This document shows positions 17,004 to 26,602 of a stretch of DNA of 64,000 nucleotides, piece after piece. Within the stretch, counting starts at the first letter, position 1; the number at the start of each line of letters is the position of its first letter. The notes beneath the pieces were generated by a model. That model saw only the letters and a program-made list of their open reading frames with translations, made no database searches and was not told where the DNA came from. The stretch is from a virus, in the IMG/VR virus record IMGVR_UViG_3300025764_000004, positions 1-64,000 of that record; one strand, written 5' to 3'. Made by a program: the position numbers and the translations under genes.

Positions 17004-18353
17004 ATGAAAAAATCAATCAATATTATCGACCCGTGCTCCACTGAGCAAAATCGAGGTAGTTTCTGTTATTCACCATATTTGTGTTATAATGGAATGGCTT
17101 TCACTCTTGATGCTAATTTAATCGAATCATTCCAACCAGAAGATTTAGACAGTATTCCTGATGCGGACATACAACTTGTTTGTCTGTGGTCCTATCCTCA
17201 AATAGAATCTTCGATGATGTTAGCTATGTCACTTCCGTTTATGTACGGTAAAGACAATGTCTATTTTGTTGGGTATTCACCATTAATCAAACAATTAGGT
17301 TTACATCATATTGAAGAAAAGTTAGGATTTGATCCATTACAAGATGAAGCATTCCTTGTTCATGCAATGAGTCGATACCCTGTAAATTATCACAAGTTTA
17401 AACGTTTGTTATTATCCGATTGTGATATGCATCTACGTCATTTAGATGCAGGAGAAAAGGTTTATCCACTGTTCACTTCATACGGTTGTGACCAAGGATG
17501 TTCATTTTGCCCAAGTACAACTAATTGCGGACGTAGGAGAATTGAAGTTCCTTTGTCTAAAGTTTGTACAATGTTAGATCAGTGTATCAAACAAGGCATA
17601 AAATCTATTCATTTTACAGATGAAGATTTCTTTTACGACATCAACCGGGCATTTAAAATCTTGTTAATGTTACAAGGAAAAGGAATGCATCTGATTGCAT
17701 TAGGATCTGCTGAAGCTGTTTCTTACTTTATTGCTAAATATGGTGTTGACCCAATTAAAAATGCAGGTTTAGAAGTGATTGAGATTGGATTTGAATCAGG
17801 GGATGCAGAAGTGTCTAAGAAAATGGGACATGGTAAAAGTTTGTCTGCTTGCGAAGAACTTGCACAGATGCAAGATTGGATTCCATTTCGTATATTCTGG
17901 TTAGTACTTACCTTCTTTCCAGGTGAGACAATTCATAGTTTAAATGAGACAGGACGCTTCATGTTAAAGTACGGATTTGAACAAGAAGAGGTGATGGGGA
18001 GGCTTCGTACAAATGGAACAAAGATTGGCCTTGGGCAATTTATGCAATGGTATGATGGTATAGCTATGGCTAAATCTTTAGAAAAAAATGGAATAAAATT
18101 AACGCAAAGGCCTGTAAGATTGATTCCTTCGTATGTTCCAAATTCGTTTTTGGAAAGTATAATTACTGAAATACACGAAGAAGCTATTGAAAAAACAATA
18201 CCTTATTTAGAGCTATACAATACTGCTTTGCCTAATAAACCTCTTGAAATCGGCAGAAAAATAAGCTATTATTTAGAAGATATGCCTATATACGGTTACA
18301 TACGCACATTAACTGCCTTAGCAATATTAGCCAGAGGAGGAGTCATACGATGA
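17004..18353 (+). CDS. Radical SAM enzyme, B12-binding/class-B-methylase-like architecture
   Basis: TSYGCDQGCSFC, FTDEDF, IGFESG after a ~150-aa N-terminal domain. Confidence 0.8.
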   Translation: MKKSINIIDPCSTEQNRGSFCYSPYLCYNGMAFTLDANLIESFQPEDLDSIPDADIQLVCLWSYPQIESSMMLAMSLPFMYGKDNVYFVGYSPLIKQLGLHHIEEKLGFDPLQDEAFLVHAMSRYPVNYHKFKRLLLSDCDMHLRHLDAGEKVYPLFTSYGCDQGCSFCPSTTNCGRRRIEVPLSKVCTMLDQCIKQGIKSIHFTDEDFFYDINRAFKILLMLQGKGMHLIALGSAEAVSYFIAKYGVDPIKNAGLEVIEIGFESGDAEVSKKMGHGKSLSACEELAQMQDWIPFRIFWLVLTFFPGETIHSLNETGRFMLKYGFEQEEVMGRLRTNGTKIGLGQFMQWYDGIAMAKSLEKNGIKLTQRPVRLIPSYVPNSFLESIITEIHEEAIEKTIPYLELYNTALPNKPLEIGRKISYYLEDMPIYGYIRTLTALAILARGGVIR

Positions 18354-18655
18354 ACGCTAAACTCAAATCTTTTGCATCGAATCTGATGCTAATAACAGGT
18401 ATCATTACAAGTATTGCCGGGGTTATTGAAACTATCGGTAAACTGGTATTGTCTTTCCGCACCAAGAATATCCCAGAGGTTAAATCAATCAGTAAGTCAA
18501 TAATCCCGGAGTATGGCGACTTGCCCTCGGCTCCTCCTACTATTGAACAGGTAAGTTTCTTTGCTGAGTATCGAGGAATAATATTGATAGTTACCGGAAT
18601 ATTGGTTATTGCATTTTCATTGTGGATTATCAAACGGTTAAAAACTAGAATATGA
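18350..18655 (+). CDS. Two-TM membrane protein
   Basis: Two hydrophobic segments; ATGA overlaps. Confidence 0.6.
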   Translation: MNAKLKSFASNLMLITGIITSIAGVIETIGKLVLSFRTKNIPEVKSISKSIIPEYGDLPSAPPTIEQVSFFAEYRGIILIVTGILVIAFSLWIIKRLKTRI

Positions 18656-19677
18656 GAACAGTAATATTAAACATTCCAATAGAACCTATTGAAGATAGAT
18701 ATAGTGTACAATGGGATAAATGGTTTCAGAGTGCTTTTCATGAGAATCCTGATTTAGAACTTATTAGTGTGCATGGAGGAGTTACTTCAGGAAGTATCAG
18801 ACAAGGTAGTTTTTTAGATGTCATAGAAACGAATCTATATAAAAATAAACAGTTAGACAAGATTCTGCATTATCTAAACACTTATAAAGATGATCATAAA
18901 CTCATTTTATTTTTCCATGATTTGTGGAATCCTGCACTTACATCAATAGCGTACGTTCGGGATGGGATGGGTTGGAAAAATCTACGTATATGCGGATGTC
19001 TTCATTCAGGAAGTTATGACAAGTTTGATTTTTTAAACAAACAAGGAATGACTAAGTGGGCAGCTAGAATAGAAGAAGGATGGTGTAAGATTGTAGATAA
19101 AATATTTGTAGCTACTCATTATCATGATATTTTACTACGCTCAAAAAGAGTATTATTAGATGATTGGGATAAAATTGTTGTAACAGGATTCCCTCTTTAT
19201 GACGATTTTCAACAACCTCATAATATAATGGATGACGAAAGTATTCCTATTATAGTATTTCCTCATCGTTTAGACAGTGAAAAGAATCCTCAAATGTTTG
19301 ATGAATTAAAAAGCAGACTACCAAGTTATAGATTCATCAAAACAAAAGAAAACTGCAAGACTAAAGAATCATATTATCGTTTATTAAAATCTTCTGATGT
19401 TGCTGTTAGTTTTGCAGATCAAGAAACCTGGGGTATAGCAATGCAAGAAGCAGTTATTTGCGGAGCTCTTCCGATGTGTCCTAATCGTTTGTCTTATACT
19501 GAAATGTACCCATCTGCTTTTTTATTTGAGAATTTTGAAGAGTGTGTCAACAAAATAAAATGGTTATTAGCACATGAGAATCAAGCTAATGAATTTCTAC
19601 AAAATACCAAAAATACAATTCTCCGTAAAGGCAGAGAAGCAATTCCAAATATGATTAAAGAAATTGAAAAACTATGA
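18652..19677 (+). CDS. GT-B (GT4-like) glycosyltransferase
   Basis: HSGSYD, FPHRLDSEKNP, QETWGIAMQEAV, RLSYTEM. Confidence 0.85.
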   Translation: MRTVILNIPIEPIEDRYSVQWDKWFQSAFHENPDLELISVHGGVTSGSIRQGSFLDVIETNLYKNKQLDKILHYLNTYKDDHKLILFFHDLWNPALTSIAYVRDGMGWKNLRICGCLHSGSYDKFDFLNKQGMTKWAARIEEGWCKIVDKIFVATHYHDILLRSKRVLLDDWDKIVVTGFPLYDDFQQPHNIMDDESIPIIVFPHRLDSEKNPQMFDELKSRLPSYRFIKTKENCKTKESYYRLLKSSDVAVSFADQETWGIAMQEAVICGALPMCPNRLSYTEMYPSAFLFENFEECVNKIKWLLAHENQANEFLQNTKNTILRKGREAIPNMIKEIEKL

Positions 19678-19811
19678 AAACAGACATATATCCAGATGAT
19701 GAAGATTATGAAGAAATAATCAAAGATGATTATGAAGATGATAGTGAATGGGAGGAAGAAGATGAAGATAAAGAAGATGGCTATGGTATAACTTCAGATG
19801 ATGAATTATGA
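19674..19811 (+). CDS. 45-aa hyperacidic peptide
   Basis: Manual translation; 24/45 D/E; ATGA overlaps at both ends. Confidence 0.65.
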   Translation: MKTDIYPDDEDYEEIIKDDYEDDSEWEEEDEDKEDGYGITSDDEL

Positions 19812-20887
19812 AAAAGAATATTTTTGATTTCAAAGTGTTTATAGATTGTGGGGCTCCTTCGCTCTACAATAAACTGTCTCGAAATGATTTATCTGGTGGG
19901 CGAGGAGTGATGGGCACAAAGATGTCGGAACGTAAATTTGATGATTACTCCTATGTAGACAAACCAGAATATGCTACTTATCGAGAAGCTTATATTGAAT
20001 TTATGTTAAAGCATAAGGATGAAGTTGATGTTTATTCAAACTTAGATGTTATCAACAATCCTAAACTGACATACAGAAATCAAAAGATAATCGAAGAAGC
20101 AGGGTTACATCCAATTCCAGTTTGGCACTTAGGCAATGATCCGAAATGGTTAGAAAGGTATGTTAAAGAATACGATTATATTGCTATCGGAGGACTTGTA
20201 CCTAACCCGACATCTGTACTGATTCCTTTATTAGATGCCTTATTTAAAGAACACTTGCTAGACAGCAAAGGGTACCCGAAAGTTAAGCTTCACGGCTTTG
20301 CCTGCACTTCATTGCCACTGATGGAACGCTTCCCATGGTTTTCAGTCGACTCGGCTACTTGTAGAAAACTTGCAAACTTCGGAAGTATTGTTTTGCCAGA
20401 TTACGGTAAACAGAATCCTGTTAGTACATTTCAAGTGTCTTCTCGTACAAAAAGAATACCAGAAGAAAAAGTAGGAATGTTTAATCTTGAGGATGCTCCT
20501 GCATCAGACTGGTTAACAGATATGTCAAGTCAAGTTAGGAAAGCATTTGATTTAAGATTAGATAAATACGGAATGACTATACAACAATTAGGGGACAGTA
20601 TTATTCACAGAGTTGTCTGGAATTATTTAATCTTCTCTGAAGTAATACAAAAGACTGTTCCTGCATGGCCGTGGAGTATGCAGACTAGACAATGTAAATA
20701 TGAGTCTGCATATTGTGAGGAAGATCTCGGTTACATGACTTTCTATTTTGCCGGAATACTTAGCAAAAGTGAAGAGAATACATTCTGGAAAGGTGTATCC
20801 CATCCTATTACTGAACGATTAAAAGGTTCACTTCGATCCTTTTTCTATGCACAGAACGCTGAATATGTACTTAGTTTAAAAAAGTAA
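19808..20887 (+). CDS. dpdA: TGT-fold DNA base-exchange enzyme, DpdA-like
   Basis: IDCGA, NLDVI, PIPVWH, IAIGG, LHGFA, FSVDSA; deazaguanine gene context. Confidence 0.72.
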   Translation: MKKNIFDFKVFIDCGAPSLYNKLSRNDLSGGRGVMGTKMSERKFDDYSYVDKPEYATYREAYIEFMLKHKDEVDVYSNLDVINNPKLTYRNQKIIEEAGLHPIPVWHLGNDPKWLERYVKEYDYIAIGGLVPNPTSVLIPLLDALFKEHLLDSKGYPKVKLHGFACTSLPLMERFPWFSVDSATCRKLANFGSIVLPDYGKQNPVSTFQVSSRTKRIPEEKVGMFNLEDAPASDWLTDMSSQVRKAFDLRLDKYGMTIQQLGDSIIHRVVWNYLIFSEVIQKTVPAWPWSMQTRQCKYESAYCEEDLGYMTFYFAGILSKSEENTFWKGVSHPITERLKGSLRSFFYAQNAEYVLSLKK

Positions 20888-20893
20888 AAGATT

Positions 20894-21436
20894 ATGTTTT
20901 TTAACGAAGAACCAAAAGATCAGAAAGGGTACAAAGGAGGCTCAGATAAGAATCTGTCTGATATAGATCGTTATGTCAAGCCTTTATTAAATTCCCTTGG
21001 ATTTGATTGTAAGAAAGCTAAAGAAGATAATACTAGCAATAAACAGGTTCTGTATAAAAAAGGGGAGTTTGATCCAAAAGATGATTCCACCTATGTACTT
21101 GCCCAGATTATTATTGTTGAAGATTTGCATAGTATTGACACACGTGCAAACAGTAATATTCCTGAAGAAGTAGTTAATAATACAACAGAAGAAAATAGAG
21201 TAAAAACTTGGTGGAATTTCTTAGGATTACACAATACTTATTTGTTTTTGTATGTCAAGCGTGGTAATTGGTTTATACTTGTGCCTTATGCAGACATTCC
21301 CGAAGATCATTATCAATTGACTTATCGCGGACGTCCTGATAGGAAAAACCGTATGTGGGTGCCTACAGAATACCTACCAAAGTTTAAAAAGAGTTCCCAC
21401 TTAGAAGAAGATCTAAAATCAATATTAAATTGTTAA
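20894..21436 (+). CDS. Hypothetical protein
   Basis: ORF track. Confidence 0.7.
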   Translation: MFFNEEPKDQKGYKGGSDKNLSDIDRYVKPLLNSLGFDCKKAKEDNTSNKQVLYKKGEFDPKDDSTYVLAQIIIVEDLHSIDTRANSNIPEEVVNNTTEENRVKTWWNFLGLHNTYLFLYVKRGNWFILVPYADIPEDHYQLTYRGRPDRKNRMWVPTEYLPKFKKSSHLEEDLKSILNC

Positions 21437-21439
21437 GAT

Positions 21440-21664
21440 ATGGATACAAATAAATTAGGACAAGAACCGGCATTTCCAATTGACAATACAGCAAATTATG
21501 GCAACAACGAACCGGGAATATCAAAGCGTTTTTACGCTGCCTGTGCTGCAATGCAAGGACTATTATCTAATAGCAACGAAAACATGGTTACATTAAACGC
21601 TGAACAGCTTGTGTTTATAGCTTTTGAACATGCAGACGAACTTTTAAGACAAAAAAATATATAA
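21440..21664 (+). CDS. Conserved small phage protein (PAFP...AMQGLL...ADELL)
   Basis: Motif recognition. Confidence 0.7.
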   Translation: MDTNKLGQEPAFPIDNTANYGNNEPGISKRFYAACAAMQGLLSNSNENMVTLNAEQLVFIAFEHADELLRQKNI

Positions 21665-21667
21665 AAA

Positions 21668-22681
21668 ATGGAAATCAGTAAATCACAACTACTAGCTGCC
21701 TTAGAAATTGTAAAACCAGGCTTGGCAAACAAAGAACTCATTGAACAATCAACCTCATTTGCATTTATGGGGGATAGAGTTGTCACCTACAATGATGACA
21801 TATCAATGTCTCATCCTATTACAGGACTTGAGTTGACAGGTGCAGTAACCGCAGAATTACTTTATAAGCTTCTCGGAAAGTTAAAAGACGATGCAATCAA
21901 TATCGAGTTAAAAGAAGGTGAAATCTTGTTTAAATCAGGACGTGCAAAAGCCGGATTAAACATTCAACAAGAAATCAAACTTCCACTTGACGAGGAAATT
22001 GCATATAAAGAGAAGTGGAAAGCATTACCTGACACATTTATAGCAGGTGTTGATTTCAGTGTAGGTAGTTGCAGTAGAGATATGTCTAGGCCTGTTCTTA
22101 CCTGTGTTCATGTTATACAAGAAGGGTTTGTCGAAGCGTCAGACTCCCATCGTATTATGAGATATACTTTAGCAGGAGAGATGCCTATTGAGGATTTTTT
22201 ATTGCCTTCATCTGCTGCCATGACTATGTGCAAACTTAAACCAACACATATTGCAAAGGGACGAGGATGGGTTCACTTTAAAAATGCAAAAGAAACAATT
22301 TTGTCTTGTCGTATATTTGAAGATAAGTTTCCTGACACATCTGTTATTTTAGATGTAAAAGGTAAGCCTATTGAATTGCCTAAAGAAATTTCTGTAATTC
22401 TGGATCGTGCTGCGGTGTTTGCAAAGCGAGATCACCAAATGGATGAAAGTGTTCAAATTACATTAGAGCCTGGACGTCTAAAAATAAGAGGACAGGCAGA
22501 AAGCGGATGGTTTGAAGAATCCTGTCGTATGACTTATGAAGGAGAAAATTTAACATTCAATGTTACTCCTTATTTGTTAAAAGGAATATTGACACAGACT
22601 TCTTCTGGCATATTAGGCGAGCATCTTTTAAAGTTTGAAGGTGCAAATTGGATTTATGTAACAGCATTAAGAGAGGTATAA
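21668..22681 (+). CDS. dnaN: DNA sliding clamp (Pol III beta-like)
   Basis: SRPVLTCVH, ASDSHRI, KFPD; three-domain length. Confidence 0.8.
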   Translation: MEISKSQLLAALEIVKPGLANKELIEQSTSFAFMGDRVVTYNDDISMSHPITGLELTGAVTAELLYKLLGKLKDDAINIELKEGEILFKSGRAKAGLNIQQEIKLPLDEEIAYKEKWKALPDTFIAGVDFSVGSCSRDMSRPVLTCVHVIQEGFVEASDSHRIMRYTLAGEMPIEDFLLPSSAAMTMCKLKPTHIAKGRGWVHFKNAKETILSCRIFEDKFPDTSVILDVKGKPIELPKEISVILDRAAVFAKRDHQMDESVQITLEPGRLKIRGQAESGWFEESCRMTYEGENLTFNVTPYLLKGILTQTSSGILGEHLLKFEGANWIYVTALREV

Positions 22682-22684
22682 ATT

Positions 22685-23002
22685 ATGAAAAAAGTACCAC
22701 AATTTAACGAAGTAACATTCAATCTCTATAAAGATTTTGAAATATGGCTAAATAAAAATACATGTAAGAAAATTCTTTTAGATGATCGTGGCCAAGATAT
22801 ACAAATGATTTGGGTTCATGAAACAGGAGAGATTTTAAATTGTGATTTTCATGCAAGTATGTACAATGGTAGATTTGTCGGTTTAAATCATTTAAAATGC
22901 GGATTACCAATTTATTTATTTAATCCTGAAACAGAAACGTTTCAACCACTTAATGGATTAATTGTTAATGAAATTATAGAATGCGACGAACAATCACATT
23001 AG
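22685..23002 (+). CDS. Hypothetical protein
   Basis: ORF track. Confidence 0.6.
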   Translation: MKKVPQFNEVTFNLYKDFEIWLNKNTCKKILLDDRGQDIQMIWVHETGEILNCDFHASMYNGRFVGLNHLKCGLPIYLFNPETETFQPLNGLIVNEIIECDEQSH

Positions 23003-23304
23003 ATGATAAAATCAACATGGTACTTCGTTACCTTGTTGCAAAAATAGACCCTACCACAAACGGTTCACATTTAGTGTATTATGAAGAAGCATATGGCAAG
23101 AAACGGACTCCGCATCCTGTCACTTATCTTGATTGCAAAGGAAATACAGATGCCGTGCCAGAGGAATTACCGTTGCCTTTTGATGACATTGTAGTTTACG
23201 TAGACAAGAAACGGATCATTATTTGTGGAAATGATTTCTATTACAAATTTTCACCACATTTTATATTAACATTACAAGAACGATTTAAAACTTTTACAAA
23301 GTAA
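22981..23304 (+). CDS. Hypothetical protein
   Basis: ORF track. Confidence 0.6.
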   Translation: MRRTITLDDKINMVLRYLVAKIDPTTNGSHLVYYEEAYGKKRTPHPVTYLDCKGNTDAVPEELPLPFDDIVVYVDKKRIIICGNDFYYKFSPHFILTLQERFKTFTK

Positions 23305-23513
23305 TGACAAAGAAACAATTCGACATACAACAATGGGAATATACCTCAGCCTACTATGGGGTGCATGAAATAGCTGTACGGAATTTTCCTGATTACTTAA
23401 ATCAACAAGGCCAATTAGGATGGGAACTAATTCAAATAATTATTGAGAGAATGAGAAATGATCCTAATGAACATGCAAACTATACATTTCTATTTAAAAG
23501 AAAAATAAACTAA
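23304..23513 (+). CDS. DUF4177-like protein
   Basis: WEY...LNQQGQLGWELI...FKRK. Confidence 0.65.
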   Translation: MTKKQFDIQQWEYTSAYYGVHEIAVRNFPDYLNQQGQLGWELIQIIIERMRNDPNEHANYTFLFKRKIN

Positions 23514-24733
23514 TGTCTGGATTTTTCACTATAAAAGAAACAGAATCAAAAGATCGTCCAGGAGGCAAGAAATTCACTTGCATAGCCTGTGGAGCTTATC
23601 GAAACTGCACATCACCTAGAATGGAACCATACGGCGAGTTTCGTAAAAAGATTCTCATTATAGGTAGTGGTTTAGAAAAAGTGGATGATTCAGCAGGTGT
23701 TCCTTTTCAAAGTAGATACGGTAAATTCTTAGAAAAAACATTGCAAAGTTTAGGTATTGATTTATTTGAGGATTGCTTGACAATGAATTCAGTCCATTGC
23801 TGTATAAAAGATGAGGATGAGGATTTAATAGCACCAACTTCGTACAACATAGAATGCTGCCGAAAATCAACACTTCAAACAATAGAGCAGTACAAGCCTC
23901 ACTTAATAATCCTCCTCGGGAATTCAGCGTTATTCAGCCTCATAGGACACCGTTGGAAAAAAGATCTAGGAACCATAGATAAGTGGAGAGGATGGGCAAT
24001 CCCAGACCAAGACTTTAAATCGTGGATATGCCCGACATACGATCCTAAGCAAGTGATGAACAGCAAAGGAGACATTATGTTTACGATATGGAAACTTGAC
24101 TTAGAACTAGCCTTATCTAAGCTTCAAGAATCTATCTATCTGAATGCGGAGCCTAACATTATGACACTTGAGGAAAAGGACTTGCCTGTACTTAGTACAA
24201 TCAAAAACGGAAATATTGCGTTTGACTATGAGACTACTGGCCTAAAATGTCATGCTGCTGGACACCGAATTGTTTCTTGTTCCGTAGCATACGATGAAAA
24301 TAATGTCTATGTCTTTATGATGCCTGAAACAAACAAAGGAAGACGTCCATTTTTAGAGTTGCTTGCGGATCCTATGGTTGGTAAAATAGCTCAAAATATG
24401 AAGTTTGAACATACCTGGTCTTGTGTTCGTTTAAGACAGCCTGTCGTTAATTGGGTTCATGACACTATGTTAATGACACATTTATTTGATAATCGTCCAG
24501 GTGTATCTGGTTTAAAATTTCAAACTTATGTGCAATTTGGTGTCGTAGATTATGACAGTGAAGTCTCTCCTTATTTAAAATCTGTAGAAGAAAAGAATGC
24601 TAATGCTTTAAATCGAATCATGGAATTAGTTGCAAAGCCTGGAGGAAAAGAATTGTTACTGAAATATAACGCTTATGATTCGATTTACGAATACCGTTTA
24701 TCTGAAATACAAAATAAAATTATAGAACAATGA
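23513..24733 (+). CDS. DNA polymerase N-terminal subunit: UDG family-4-like domain + 3'-5' exonuclease
   Basis: Fe-S Cys pattern CIAC...C; FDYETTG, QNMKFE, DTM, YNAYD. Confidence 0.85.
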   Translation: MSGFFTIKETESKDRPGGKKFTCIACGAYRNCTSPRMEPYGEFRKKILIIGSGLEKVDDSAGVPFQSRYGKFLEKTLQSLGIDLFEDCLTMNSVHCCIKDEDEDLIAPTSYNIECCRKSTLQTIEQYKPHLIILLGNSALFSLIGHRWKKDLGTIDKWRGWAIPDQDFKSWICPTYDPKQVMNSKGDIMFTIWKLDLELALSKLQESIYLNAEPNIMTLEEKDLPVLSTIKNGNIAFDYETTGLKCHAAGHRIVSCSVAYDENNVYVFMMPETNKGRRPFLELLADPMVGKIAQNMKFEHTWSCVRLRQPVVNWVHDTMLMTHLFDNRPGVSGLKFQTYVQFGVVDYDSEVSPYLKSVEEKNANALNRIMELVAKPGGKELLLKYNAYDSIYEYRLSEIQNKIIEQ

Positions 24734-24993
24734 CAGCAAAAATTTGGTTGACTGAATGGGATGTAACTCATTTAAAATTTCGTTGGTTTTTCTTAGAATA
24801 TGGTTTTACTAAAGAGTGGTTTAAATTACTGACTACTCGTAAAAATGAAAAAGATGCTTTTTCTGAAACACAACAGGCATACATAATGAAAGAAATTCTA
24901 AATGATGTGTGGTTTAAACTTCCAAGTAATGTGTTTAATATTAAAGTAAATCCAAAAGGTTGGAACGAGTTTTTATTTTTAGTTGAAGAATAA
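24730..24993 (+). CDS. Hypothetical protein between the polymerase halves
   Basis: ORF track; overlaps both neighbours. Confidence 0.6.
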   Translation: MTAKIWLTEWDVTHLKFRWFFLEYGFTKEWFKLLTTRKNEKDAFSETQQAYIMKEILNDVWFKLPSNVFNIKVNPKGWNEFLFLVEE

Positions 24994-26378
24994 TGAATAT
25001 AAATCCTAAAACACCAGAAGCTTATCAGTTATTGCATAATGGGACTTTGGCTTTATCCCGAGCAGAACAGCAAGGATTGAGAATTGATATGGATTACATA
25101 GAGGAGCAGAAAGAATTTGTTACTAAGAAAATTGCACAAATAGAACAAGAATTTAAAGAGACTGAGTTTTATGCAAACTGGGAAAAGTCTTCTAAAAATC
25201 CTGTTAATATTAATTCCAGTACTCAATTAGAGAAGTATTTGTACGAAGTTCTAGGTCTACGGATTGATAAAGAAACAAAAACAGGCAAAGGCTCCACTGA
25301 TGATGAAGCATTAAAACAATTAAATATACCTGAGTTAAATGATCTTTTAAAAGCTAAAAAATTAAAGAAAGTCAGGGATACTTATTTAGATGGGATAGGA
25401 AGAGAAACTGTCAACGGTGTATTACATCCATTTTTTGACTTAGGACAGGCCGTAACCTACAGATCTTCAAGTAATTCTCCGAATTTCCAGAACATGCCTA
25501 TCAGGGATGAGGAATCTATGACAATTGTTCGAGGTGCAATCAAGCCTCGTCCAGGGCACATGTTAATGGAGGCTGACTTTAGCGGAATTGAAGTACGAGT
25601 AAACGCTTGTATAAATAAAGACAAAAACTTAATAAAGTACATTAAAGATCCTACAAGCGACATGCACGCAGACATGGCGACTCAGCTATTTTCTCTAAGT
25701 AAGTTTAACAAAGCTATTGCAGGACACGGAACTTTAAGACAGGCTGCGAAAAACGCTTTCGTGTTTCCAGAGTTTTACGGAAGTTATTATAAAAATTGTG
25801 TCAAAGGATTAGTTTGTTCTTGGGGAAAGTTATCAAAAGGAACTTGGAAGCCTGGGCAAGGTATTGCTCTTGGGAATAAATATTTATCTGATCATTTAAT
25901 TTCTCAAGGCATTAAATCATTTGATGCAATGACAGAGCATGTAAGATTGATTGAGGAAGATTTCTGGGGCAATAGATTTAAAGAGTATGCAAGATGGAAA
26001 GACTTATGGTGGGATCAATATCAGAAAACAGGATATATTGACATGCCTACAGGGTTTCGCTGTAATGGCTTAATGGACAAGAAACAAGTTTGTAACTACC
26101 CTGGACAAGGCTCTGCTTTCCATTGCCTACTTTGGTCCCTTATAAATGTAGATAAGGTAATGGTAGAAGAAGAATGGGATACACGTATTGTAGGACAGAT
26201 ACACGATTCTATCTTATTTGATACTTTACCAGAAGAAAAGGAATATGTGAAAGAAGTTGTTAATGATATTTTGACACAGCAATTGCCAAAAGCGTTTTCT
26301 TTCATTTGTGTCCCAATGGAAATCGAAATAGAAGAGTATGAAGTAGACGGACCCTGGGTCAAAACTAAAAATAATTGA
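24993..26378 (+). CDS. polA: Family A DNA polymerase, polymerase domain
   Basis: RSSSNSPNFQN, ADFSGIEVR, RQAAKNAFVFPEFYG, QIHDS. Confidence 0.93.
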   Translation: MNINPKTPEAYQLLHNGTLALSRAEQQGLRIDMDYIEEQKEFVTKKIAQIEQEFKETEFYANWEKSSKNPVNINSSTQLEKYLYEVLGLRIDKETKTGKGSTDDEALKQLNIPELNDLLKAKKLKKVRDTYLDGIGRETVNGVLHPFFDLGQAVTYRSSSNSPNFQNMPIRDEESMTIVRGAIKPRPGHMLMEADFSGIEVRVNACINKDKNLIKYIKDPTSDMHADMATQLFSLSKFNKAIAGHGTLRQAAKNAFVFPEFYGSYYKNCVKGLVCSWGKLSKGTWKPGQGIALGNKYLSDHLISQGIKSFDAMTEHVRLIEEDFWGNRFKEYARWKDLWWDQYQKTGYIDMPTGFRCNGLMDKKQVCNYPGQGSAFHCLLWSLINVDKVMVEEEWDTRIVGQIHDSILFDTLPEEKEYVKEVVNDILTQQLPKAFSFICVPMEIEIEEYEVDGPWVKTKNN

Positions 26379-26602
26379 TTATGACACCTGCTAAAAAAAC
26401 ACCAGATGGCAGAGAAATTCTTGTACTTTATATGCACGGATATGAATATCATATCGTAGAATCTTTACCTAGGAACCTAGGCGGTAATAAAGAATTAAAC
26501 ATGCCTCAGCCTTGTTTTATGGGGCATCATAACTTCGGATTAAGATACTGTAAAAAGATAAGTAAATATAAAAAATCACTTTTAAATTTTCAAATAACAT
26601 GA
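26375..26602 (+). CDS. Hypothetical protein
   Basis: ORF track. Confidence 0.5.
   Translation: MIMTPAKKTPDGREILVLYMHGYEYHIVESLPRNLGGNKELNMPQPCFMGHHNFGLRYCKKISKYKKSLLNFQIT

Noticed and set aside
24730-24993. Group I intron or homing endonuclease splitting polA
   Set aside because: No HNH, GIY-YIG or LAGLIDADG motif and no non-coding space for a ribozyme; the ORFs overlap directly.
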